From: a virus
Taxonomy: Duplodnaviria; Caudoviricetes
DNA: 64,000 bases
IMG/VR virus record: IMGVR_UViG_3300031823_000002
Location: 57,080-121,079 of that record
Strand: one strand, 5' to 3'
The translations under genes and the position numbers were made by a program. The notes beneath the pieces were generated by a model. It was not told the origin of the DNA, searched no databases, and saw only the letters and a program-made list of their open reading frames with translations. Shown here piece by piece: positions 18,496 through 26,613 of the stretch (its first letter is position 1; every line of letters begins with the position of its first letter).

Positions 18496-19353
18496 GTGCC
18501 GCAGCAGCAAATCATTCCGACTTGGTTGGCGTGGAATAATGCCGACTTTAGCACGGCATCGGGCGTTGGCGACCGACGCACAGGAGAGAACTTTTCTGCT
18601 GGCGGCTTGGGTCTTGGGGACTATTTTGATGCTACGGAGAAAGAGGCGAATGCCGGTTCCTATTTGCCGACCGGTCTTTTGCACTGGGGAAGATATCGGC
18701 TTGTACAGGTGGATTCCGGCGCGACTGCGGCGAATGTAAAAACGGGTACGCCCGGTTTTATACGTCAAGGCTCTTTCTTGCAGGGTATACAAGTTTTCAA
18801 TGCCGGTTCAGGCGGCACTCCCGGCACCTACACGATCCCCTTCCCAGCGGGTTTGCAGTTTGGCTCGGGCGGCGTCATCCAAGTGGTTGTTGGAGCGGCG
18901 GGAAGCATAACTTCAGCCAGCGTGCTTCAAGGTGGGCAGAACTACGTAGGAGCCTTCCTGATCCCTGCGACACTCCTGACCGCCGCCATACCGGGACTGA
19001 CTGGACAGGTTTTATACACCCAAATGGGTGGCTTTTCTCCCAATCTTCTGACCAGCTTCGACCAGCTTCTCAATGTACCGGGACAATCGTTTCCCCAGAC
19101 TCGTCCATTCGTCTTTTTAAATTCGATCACTCCGGGCAACTTCGGTTTTGTTCAGGAGCTTGGCTTGGCTACCTGCTTAGCTGGTTCAGTGTTTCCATTT
19201 GCTGCACCCAGCGCCCAAGTCGTAGCGTCCTCAACGGGATTCGGCACGGGCGCTGTGTTGGGCGTTTATCACATGGGCGCATCTCTCGATTGGGCGCAGC
19301 CCGGACAGCTATTCAGAATGATTATTCAATTTATGCCCCCATGTCAGGACTAA
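18496..19353 (+). CDS. capsid decoration-like protein, paralogue 3
   Basis: GTG start; same N-terminus; more diverged C-terminal half. Confidence 0.6.
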   Translation: MPQQQIIPTWLAWNNADFSTASGVGDRRTGENFSAGGLGLGDYFDATEKEANAGSYLPTGLLHWGRYRLVQVDSGATAANVKTGTPGFIRQGSFLQGIQVFNAGSGGTPGTYTIPFPAGLQFGSGGVIQVVVGAAGSITSASVLQGGQNYVGAFLIPATLLTAAIPGLTGQVLYTQMGGFSPNLLTSFDQLLNVPGQSFPQTRPFVFLNSITPGNFGFVQELGLATCLAGSVFPFAAPSAQVVASSTGFGTGAVLGVYHMGASLDWAQPGQLFRMIIQFMPPCQD

Positions 19354-19365
19354 AGGAGCGGGTTT

Positions 19366-19707
19366 ATGCAACTTACATTACTTAGAGGCTACCCCGATTT
19401 TGTCGGCAAGCGGGCGACGTTTGTCGGGTGGGAAAACGGACCCGCTTCGTATAACCAGACGACTGGCGATGTAATCAGCCTGCCGCAACGAAACTACTAC
19501 ATCGATGCGGTTGCAGGCGGGGTCAACAGCATAAACCTGACCACGGGTGTGATGGGCGGCTTCTATGTCAGGGCGCAACCCTCCGGGGTGGGGCCGCGAA
19601 TGACGTGGGCGCTGTTCTGGTTCACGCCAGCGGGGGTGCCGGTCGCAAACGGCGTCAACCTCTCAGGCGAGCAGGTACAGATCGGCGGAAATTGCGGCCA
19701 GTACTAA
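19366..19707 (+). CDS. virion structural protein (putative)
   Basis: AAGGAG SD; GPASY..TG pattern; head operon. Confidence 0.6.
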   Translation: MQLTLLRGYPDFVGKRATFVGWENGPASYNQTTGDVISLPQRNYYIDAVAGGVNSINLTTGVMGGFYVRAQPSGVGPRMTWALFWFTPAGVPVANGVNLSGEQVQIGGNCGQY

Positions 19708-19816
19708 GGCGCAACACGAAGTCTCGACCCCTCCCGGAAGAGACACAGGCAAACGCCCTTGCGGGGGAGCAATCTTCGCAGGGGCGTTTGAGTTATAGGG
19801 GCAAAGGAGAAACGTT

Positions 19817-19933
19817 ATGGCGAGACGCAAGAAGGTATCGGTCCAGTGCGATAGCGATATGGGGCAGGGTGAAGAAGCTCCGGTGAAAAAGACCACGCGG
19901 AAGAAGACACGCAAGCGGGTGTCGAAGAAATAA
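19817..19933 (+). CDS. 38-aa basic peptide (absent from ORF track)
   Basis: AAGGAG SD; MARRKKVSVQCDSDMGQGEEAPVKKTTRKKTRKRVSKK. Confidence 0.65.
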   Translation: MARRKKVSVQCDSDMGQGEEAPVKKTTRKKTRKRVSKK

Positions 19934-19942
19934 AGGAGCGCA

Positions 19943-21181
19943 ATGTCTCTGGGGTCCATGCGGCAAGAGTTACTCGGCATACCGGGTTCGAACTTCGGTC
20001 TTGTGACCACTCGAATCAATGAGGCTCTTGCTGCGATTCAAAATGAGAACGTGTTCTCCTTCCAGCTTCAGGTCAACGGGTGGCTTACTCCCGGCCTGTT
20101 GGGCGGGCCGACGACTACCTTTCTCAGCCCCGGCCTGATCACGATCAAACCGTACACCAACACGGTTACTGGCGATCCGGTAGCCTCGCAGATTTGGCAG
20201 GCCACCATTTTTAATCCGCCCTTATTGACCCAGCAGCAAATTCGCGTGCCTTACTACTCGCTGTACAACATCATCGCGCTGGGAAATAACGGCACCGTTT
20301 CTTATGCGAACATCATCAGCCCCGGCTCCGGGCAGACGCCGGGGACTTATGCGGTCCCGGTGATCGACGGGGCAGGCGTGGGCGGCGGCGGCATGGTTTC
20401 GATCACCGTAGGGTCGGACGGGACGGTAAGCATTCCTCCGGTGGTGCTGGCTGCGGGAAGCGCGTACATCATGCCGATCATCGACTTTTCCCAAGGCGGA
20501 AATCCAGCAGCCTTCAATGTCGGCTTGCAGGCAGTGCTGACGCTGGATCGGCCATGGACGGACCCGAATCAGTTAAACGCGGGCTACCTGATCTATCAGG
20601 CTTACTTTCCCGCGCCGCCCGGATTTAAACGTTGGTACTACATTCTCGACACCACGAATAACAACTGGTTGGACTGGTGGTCGTACACACAGGTCAATCT
20701 CTCGGAGAAGGATGCGCAGCGAGTTAATTTTCTACAGCCCACCAATGTGGTTCCGTATGGCATGGATACGCGGCAGGGAAGCGCAACTCTCGGGCAAATG
20801 CTGTACGAGTTATGGCCACATCCGATTATGCAGTTACCGTACACCTTCGGTTGTCAGACGAACTGGCCCGCGCTCCAAGCTCCGGGCGACACGGTCCCGT
20901 TCCCGCTGACCGACGAACTGGTCAAGATGCGGGCTTACGAAATGATGTACCTCTGGAAGGAATCCCAGAAGGGCGATGAGATGGAGCGCGGATCGGGAGC
21001 CAATTGGCAGTTTCTGGTGCAGGCGATGCGGGCGGAATACACAGATCGGCTCAAGAGAATTCGCATCATGGATCGCCATTTGGTCGATCTCTACTTTACG
21101 AAGATGCGCAGAATGCCAATGAGTCAGCAGGTGTGGGGCACGGTGACAGGTCAAGCCAACGTAGGCGGCTGGAACAGCTAA
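19943..21181 (+). CDS. head-tail adaptor/neck-like protein (putative)
   Basis: INEAL..I N-terminus and ELWPHP motif typical of adaptor/tubular proteins; internal PGSGQTPGTY module. Confidence 0.5.
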   Translation: MSLGSMRQELLGIPGSNFGLVTTRINEALAAIQNENVFSFQLQVNGWLTPGLLGGPTTTFLSPGLITIKPYTNTVTGDPVASQIWQATIFNPPLLTQQQIRVPYYSLYNIIALGNNGTVSYANIISPGSGQTPGTYAVPVIDGAGVGGGGMVSITVGSDGTVSIPPVVLAAGSAYIMPIIDFSQGGNPAAFNVGLQAVLTLDRPWTDPNQLNAGYLIYQAYFPAPPGFKRWYYILDTTNNNWLDWWSYTQVNLSEKDAQRVNFLQPTNVVPYGMDTRQGSATLGQMLYELWPHPIMQLPYTFGCQTNWPALQAPGDTVPFPLTDELVKMRAYEMMYLWKESQKGDEMERGSGANWQFLVQAMRAEYTDRLKRIRIMDRHLVDLYFTKMRRMPMSQQVWGTVTGQANVGGWNS

Positions 21182-21227
21182 GGGATCACATGAAAACCTC
21201 TTTAGGTGAGAAGAACGGAGAAGCGGC

Positions 21228-23612
21228 ATGAGCGGCGGCTATGGCGGCACCGGACAAGCAGCACTTCTGCGCCAGAATCAGCAGGTAGCTCTGTTCCAGC
21301 AGGCGACAAATATTGTTGGTAGGGCGAGCATTGCCATCCAGCCGGAGCGTCTTTCGTTTCCGACCTCGTTATCCGTCCAGATTTATTTCACCGACGTAAA
21401 CGGCAATCCGTCCAGCCCCGGCGCGTTTGAGGTGGATGTCCAAGCATCGGACCTCGATCAGGATTCGCAGTATTACACCGCCAGCACATGGACCGGCCCT
21501 CTGAACGCAGGAGATGTGGGCCGAATTGAACTAGGCTCGATCCTCGCCAGATATGTCCGCATCGTAGTGAAGTCGCTGACCAATGCTGTCTACACGACCG
21601 CATACCTCACCAGCTTCGCAGGTGGCGGTGGCGGCGGCAGCAATGGCGGTGGCGGAGGCAGCGGCCCTGCATTGCAGGTCAACGGAACACCGACTGCGGA
21701 TCAGGCACTTTTAAATCTGGTGGCCGGTCCCAATGTGACCATCGCCGACAACGGAGGCGGTGCTGTTCAGATTTCTGCTGCTGGTGGCGGAGCGCCCTCC
21801 GGCCCTGCTGGCGGCGATCTGACGGGCACGTATCCCAACCCAACTGTGAATGGGATTGCTGGCGCTGCCTTGCCAGCCAACTTCTTAGCGAGCGGCGCAG
21901 CCAGTCTACCCGCTGTCACGATGACGGGCGCACCGTTCGTAGGGACCGCCATCACCGCCACGCCGCTCCTTCTTCTTAGCCCAAGCGGCACACCTGCTGC
22001 TTCGACGTGGATTGCAGCCGGAACTTTCCTTGGCATCAACTCACCGACTGGCTTCTCAGGAAATTTAATCGATACCAAGCTCAACGGTGTTACCGTCTTC
22101 AGCGTAGGACAGGCGGGCGGGGGAAATGTCCAACTCAGCACAACGTTTCAGGTCATTCCGAATCTCTTCACAGCGACTTCAAACTCGCTTCTCGCGTGGT
22201 TTAGCGCCACAACGATAACAGGCGCTCGCGACACGACCCTTGGCCGCGCAGCGGCAGGCATACTGCAACTGAACGCCGGATCGACGGCAGGGAATACAGG
22301 CCAGCTTAACCTTGGTGCAATTCAGTTGATCGGTGGGACGGCTGCTGCATCGGTATCGCAGTTGCTCTGCACCACTCCGCCGTTTACGGCAGGTACGGCC
22401 ACGACTAACTTGCCGGTTCTTTATCTCAATAGCAGCGCGATCTTACCGACATGGAGCACTCTTGGCACCATACTCGGCATCAATGCTCCAGCCGGGTTTG
22501 CCGGGAACTTTATCGACCTCCGTCTCAATGGAGGTGCCTCTGGTTTCGCTGTCGCTAACAACGGAACAACGAGCGTTGCGAATTTAAATATCGGCACATT
22601 CTTCACCGGGCTGGCTTCTCTCTCAAGAATGGGGATGAACAACGCGACGTATCTGGCGTGGTCGTCCACCACCGGTACGTCGGCAGGGATGGATACAACT
22701 CTCTCCCGCGCCAATCCCGGCGTACTGCAACTCGCCAGCAGCGCGACGCAAGGGAATAACGGTGAACTTGATCTCGGCTCCCTTCAGGTGATTGGCGGCA
22801 CCGCTGCGGCGTCCGTGTCACAGATGTATTGCACCACGCCACCGTTTACAGGTGGCACCGGCACGACAAATTTCCCAGTGTTGTACCTGAATAGCGGTAC
22901 GACACAGCCGACAACCTTCAGCGTGAGCGGCACAGTCCTTGGGATCAACGCTCCCGCTGGATTTACCGGGAACCTCGCGGATTTCCGCGTCAACGGAGGA
23001 GCAGCAGTACTTAGCGTGAACGCAGCCGGAGGCGTCACAACCCCTAGCTCTGTCTCGGCTACTGGCGGCTTCGGTGTTACTTCTACCGTAACGATAAATT
23101 CCACACTTACCCGATTCCAAAATGCTTACGTTTTGGGATGGTCGTCCACCACTTCCATCGTATCGGCATCGGACATAACTCTCTCCCGTGTTGCTGCTGG
23201 CATCCTTGGCGTAGGTGCGGTAAATGGAGCCGGAGTCCAAGGTACGATTCAGTTGGGCCAGATCATGGGCGGCGGCGGTACGCCCAGTATTGCGGCAGGT
23301 GCAGCCGCTGGGACAGCCCCAACGGTCACCATCGTCTCCAATAGCTCCAATCTGGCGGGCAGTGTCAGCGTCACGATTGGCACGGCACCCGTTGGTGGTG
23401 CGCCGATCCTGACCATCACCTTCGCAAACGCCTTCACCTTCGCCAACGCTCCTTTTAGCATGCTCACACCCGGCAACGCCAATAGCGCCGCACTGACCGG
23501 CCCGACACAGGTCTACACAACAGAGACTACGACCACGATTGTCATCAACGCTGGAGCAACCGCGCTGACAGCGGGCACGCAATACGTCTGGAAGTATCAC
23601 GTAGTCGGGTAG
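21228..23612 (+). CDS. tail fibre-like protein with internal repeats
   Basis: G/A/T-rich; PSGPAGGDLTGTYPNPTV motif; three internal repeats (LGINAPAGF.GN..D.R.NG ... DTTLSR). Confidence 0.7.
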   Translation: MSGGYGGTGQAALLRQNQQVALFQQATNIVGRASIAIQPERLSFPTSLSVQIYFTDVNGNPSSPGAFEVDVQASDLDQDSQYYTASTWTGPLNAGDVGRIELGSILARYVRIVVKSLTNAVYTTAYLTSFAGGGGGGSNGGGGGSGPALQVNGTPTADQALLNLVAGPNVTIADNGGGAVQISAAGGGAPSGPAGGDLTGTYPNPTVNGIAGAALPANFLASGAASLPAVTMTGAPFVGTAITATPLLLLSPSGTPAASTWIAAGTFLGINSPTGFSGNLIDTKLNGVTVFSVGQAGGGNVQLSTTFQVIPNLFTATSNSLLAWFSATTITGARDTTLGRAAAGILQLNAGSTAGNTGQLNLGAIQLIGGTAAASVSQLLCTTPPFTAGTATTNLPVLYLNSSAILPTWSTLGTILGINAPAGFAGNFIDLRLNGGASGFAVANNGTTSVANLNIGTFFTGLASLSRMGMNNATYLAWSSTTGTSAGMDTTLSRANPGVLQLASSATQGNNGELDLGSLQVIGGTAAASVSQMYCTTPPFTGGTGTTNFPVLYLNSGTTQPTTFSVSGTVLGINAPAGFTGNLADFRVNGGAAVLSVNAAGGVTTPSSVSATGGFGVTSTVTINSTLTRFQNAYVLGWSSTTSIVSASDITLSRVAAGILGVGAVNGAGVQGTIQLGQIMGGGGTPSIAAGAAAGTAPTVTIVSNSSNLAGSVSVTIGTAPVGGAPILTITFANAFTFANAPFSMLTPGNANSAALTGPTQVYTTETTTTIVINAGATALTAGTQYVWKYHVVG

Positions 23613-23626
23613 GTAAGGGAGGACTT

Positions 23627-25000
23627 ATGAGTGGTGGCTATGCCGGAACAGGACAATCGACGCTTTTGCGCCAGAACCATCAAATAGCCCTGTTCCAGCA
23701 AATGACAGGCATTGTTGGCGCGGCGAGTATTGCCGTGCAACTGGAGCGCGTTCGCCTTGCGGCCCCCACCTCAGTTGCTGTCCAAATTTATTTCACCGAC
23801 GCGCAGGGAAATTCATCCAGCCCCGGTGCCTTTGAAGTCGATATTCAAACCTCCGACCTCGATCAGGACTTGCAATACTGCACTGCTAGCACATGGACTG
23901 GTCCTTTGAACGGTGGCAACGCGGGCCGGGTTGTGCTGGGGCCGGTCTTTGCCAAATACGTCCGGATATTTGTGAAATCGCTGGCCAACGCCTCCGTGTA
24001 TACAACTGCCTATCTCACCAGCTTTGCAGGCGCAGGGAGTGGCAGTAATGGTGGCGGCGGAGGTGGAGGAGGTGGTCCTGTGTTACAAGTCAATGGCACG
24101 CCGACCGCAGATCAGGCGCTACTCAATCTGGTGAATGGCCCCAACATAACCATCACCGATGAAGGCGCAGGAGCCGTTCAGATATCAGGCACGGGCAGTC
24201 TCAGCGGAAATGCTCCTCCGTTCTTCCGGTATTTTGGCGACGGCTCCGACGGCTCATGGACGGACCTTGTTCCCGCTATCGGCCTCTTTGAAAACTGGTA
24301 TACGACTTTCACCCTCAATGCTGGAGTCACGCTCACTGCCGGATCGGGTGGGCAGTATCCGATGGTCATCCGTGCCACACAGAAAATTACCATCGCGGGG
24401 ACCATTACGATGCCCGCATTGCGGCCTTTCCCGATGGGCTTGGGCGGAGGCACGGGTGGTGGTGGTGGTGGTGGCGCTGCGGCGGGTACGGCGGGCACAT
24501 TCATGGGCTACGCGGGATCAAATGCTGGCACGGGCGGGGCGGCGGGCGGCATCGGGCTTGTGGGTGCGGTCGGCAATACGATGCCTCCCAATACGTTGCG
24601 CTTTGTACTCACGACGATGGGTTTCCCCGGTTCTCCGGCCAGCGTCCCAAATACACAAATTGGTGCATACGGTGGAACCGGAGGAGGGCAGGGCGGATCG
24701 AGCGGTGGGGCTGGCGGCGGTGGCGGGGGCGCGGTGTTCCTGATTGCCCCGATCATCGATTTTCAATCGACAGCCGTCATCAACGCTCCCGGCGCTGCTG
24801 GGACGGCAGCTTCCGGCGCTAGTATCGGCGGCGGTGGCGGTGGCGGTGGCGGACTTGTCATTCTCGCGGCTGCGACTTTCCTGAATCAGGCGGGCACGAT
24901 CAACCTCCAAGGCGGTGCTGGCGGAGCGAGCGGTGGCACCGGCTCCGGTGCTGGCGGTGCTGGCGGAGTTGGCAACTTTAGATTCATGACCATCAGTTGA
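23627..25000 (+). CDS. glycine-rich fibre-like protein
   Basis: N-terminal ~185 aa paralogous to 21228..23612; FGDGSDG and GGGGGG..I Gly-rich domain. Confidence 0.7.
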   Translation: MSGGYAGTGQSTLLRQNHQIALFQQMTGIVGAASIAVQLERVRLAAPTSVAVQIYFTDAQGNSSSPGAFEVDIQTSDLDQDLQYCTASTWTGPLNGGNAGRVVLGPVFAKYVRIFVKSLANASVYTTAYLTSFAGAGSGSNGGGGGGGGGPVLQVNGTPTADQALLNLVNGPNITITDEGAGAVQISGTGSLSGNAPPFFRYFGDGSDGSWTDLVPAIGLFENWYTTFTLNAGVTLTAGSGGQYPMVIRATQKITIAGTITMPALRPFPMGLGGGTGGGGGGGAAAGTAGTFMGYAGSNAGTGGAAGGIGLVGAVGNTMPPNTLRFVLTTMGFPGSPASVPNTQIGAYGGTGGGQGGSSGGAGGGGGGAVFLIAPIIDFQSTAVINAPGAAGTAASGASIGGGGGGGGGLVILAAATFLNQAGTINLQGGAGGASGGTGSGAGGAGGVGNFRFMTIS

Positions 25001-25012
25001 GTCGATGACTTT

Positions 25013-25495
25013 ATGGATAAAGAGCGGGCGCGAAAGCTGATCGAACAACACGAAGGGCGGCGGAACCGGGCCTATGCCGATACCAAGGGAATTATGACGA
25101 TTGGCATCGGATTTAATTTAGAGCAACTGAGTGCCCGTGCCCGTATCGAAGCGCTCTTGGTGGATTACGACGCACTGTTCGACCGGCGCTGTGCGCTGAC
25201 CGATCCGCAGATCGACCAACTGTTCGGCAGCGATCTCGATACTGCTCTCACGGAAGCGGCAAAACTGGTGCCGGATTTCTGGAATCATCCGGAAGATGTG
25301 CAACTCGCCGTCGTGGACATGATTTTTAATTTGGGCGGGCCGCGCTTCTCCGGGTTTGTGAAGTTCATCGCGGCACTGAAGGCGAAGGACTATCTGACGG
25401 CAGCGGCGGAGATGGCTGATTCCAAGTGGGCGCTGGTCGATGTTCCCAACCGTGCTGCCAACGACATCGCACTGGTACGCGGGTGCGCGACGTGA
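25013..25495 (+). CDS. phage lysozyme (GH24, T4-lysozyme-like endolysin)
   Basis: HEGRRNRAYADTKGIMTIGIGFNL (E-x8-D-x5-T triad), DMIFNLG, SKWA...PNRA. Confidence 0.92.
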   Translation: MDKERARKLIEQHEGRRNRAYADTKGIMTIGIGFNLEQLSARARIEALLVDYDALFDRRCALTDPQIDQLFGSDLDTALTEAAKLVPDFWNHPEDVQLAVVDMIFNLGGPRFSGFVKFIAALKAKDYLTAAAEMADSKWALVDVPNRAANDIALVRGCAT

Positions 25496-25502
25496 GGAGC
25501 TT

Positions 25503-25766
25503 ATGAACCCGGTAGATAGACTCAAAATGGTATTCGGCATTCTCTTACTGATGAGTCTTGTCACCCTCGCTATCGCCTTCGGCATTGGGCGGGTAGAAGA
25601 GAAAACCAGTTATGGCCTGATGCCTATCATCACCACCCTGTCCACCTTAGCCGGTCTATTTGGTGGCTGGGCGTTCCGCGAGACCAACGATAATCCGCCA
25701 CCGCGACTGAAACAGCCGCCGAAGGACAAAGGAGAATCAGATGACTCCCGCAATGGAGAAGGCTAA
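25503..25766 (+). CDS. holin-like membrane protein
   Basis: two hydrophobic segments and a charged C-tail, next to endolysin; GAGGAG SD. Confidence 0.55.
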   Translation: MNPVDRLKMVFGILLLMSLVTLAIAFGIGRVEEKTSYGLMPIITTLSTLAGLFGGWAFRETNDNPPPRLKQPPKDKGESDDSRNGEG

Positions 25767-26079
25767 GCACTGGATCGTAACCACCGCCGTAGCCATGCTG
25801 GGCGGCGGCGCTGCGGCTGGATTTTCTGCCGCGATGGACCCGACAAAGTACCACTTTCCGCAGGACTTCGGCTCCGGGAAGCTGTGGAAATACGTCTTCA
25901 TGGGCTGGGCGCTGACCTTCGGTGGCGTCCTCATCCACTCCCCGCTTGGCCAGAAAGTAATCGCCATTTCCAAGCAGAGTAAGGAACAACTGGATCAGAC
26001 GCAAAAAGACTTGGATCAGGCCAAGGCGGATTTAAAATCTGCCGCCGCTGCGAAGCCAGCGGACAGCGCTAAATCTTGA
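25741..26079 (+). CDS. membrane protein (holin/lysis-associated)
   Basis: two hydrophobic segments plus C-terminal coiled coil; AAGGAG SD. Confidence 0.5.
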   Translation: MTPAMEKAKHWIVTTAVAMLGGGAAAGFSAAMDPTKYHFPQDFGSGKLWKYVFMGWALTFGGVLIHSPLGQKVIAISKQSKEQLDQTQKDLDQAKADLKSAAAAKPADSAKS

Positions 26080-26091
26080 TGACACCGTAGT

Positions 26092-26202
26092 TGGAAGCGG
26101 TGTATAAATGCCGGTAAGACACGCGCTCTGCGAGATATCGACGAGCAATAGGCGGCGGCTTCCCGGTGAAACATCAACCCGGAAGCCGCCGCTTTTCGTT
26201 TT
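26092..26202 (+). promoter_or_regulatory. promoter-like element + leader motif + intrinsic terminator
   Basis: TGGAAGCGGTGTATAAAT, AAGACACGCG (26116), 12-bp stem GCGGCGGCTTCC/GGAAGCCGCCGC then TTTTCGTTTT. Confidence 0.65.
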
Positions 26203-26223
26203 GCGGCAAAGGAGAACTCACTC

Positions 26224-26448
26224 ATGAAGCGGAAAAGACATTCAACTGAAGGGTCAAAGGCGGGGCAGGCTGCTGATTTCGGAAATCTGCCCACTCACCC
26301 GAACGCGCCAGAGAAGGCGACCTCCAGAAGGGATGTGGCGAATTCCTTCGTGAGTGGAGGCGGTAGGGAAGGGCACGTCGGACACCGTAAGGGCATCGGC
26401 AAAGGCAAGGCCAGCCGTCGCAGGAAGGCCGTAATCGCGAAGAAGTAG
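26224..26448 (+). CDS. small basic protein
   Basis: AAGGAG SD; K/R-rich. Confidence 0.65.
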   Translation: MKRKRHSTEGSKAGQAADFGNLPTHPNAPEKATSRRDVANSFVSGGGREGHVGHRKGIGKGKASRRRKAVIAKK

Positions 26449-26613
26449 ATGCCTGTCGAGAGCTTCAGCAGTCCGGAAAAGTATCGCAAGTACCGGGCAT
26501 TCGTGCATATCCACGGCATACCCACGCACGCAAAGCGCGTGTGCATTCAGGGCAAGTGCCACACGGTGAAGCACTCGACGAAACGCAAACACGGACGAAA
26601 GAGGCTGTCGTGA
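26449..26613 (+). CDS. 54-aa basic His-rich protein (absent from ORF track)
   Basis: MPVESFSSPEKYRKYRAFVHIHGIPTHAKRVCIQGKCHTVKHSTKRKHGRKRLS; abuts previous stop; GTGA overlap with next gene. Confidence 0.55.
   Translation: MPVESFSSPEKYRKYRAFVHIHGIPTHAKRVCIQGKCHTVKHSTKRKHGRKRLS

Noticed and set aside
16805-19353. Diversity-generating retroelement template/variable repeats
   Set aside because: The similar segments are whole paralogous genes with differences not confined to adenines, and no reverse transcriptase is in the window.
26541-26609. ORF-track start for the 1004-aa protein
   Set aside because: This region is occupied by the 26449-26613 basic ORF. GTG 26610 has an SD and gives a clean signal-peptide-like start.
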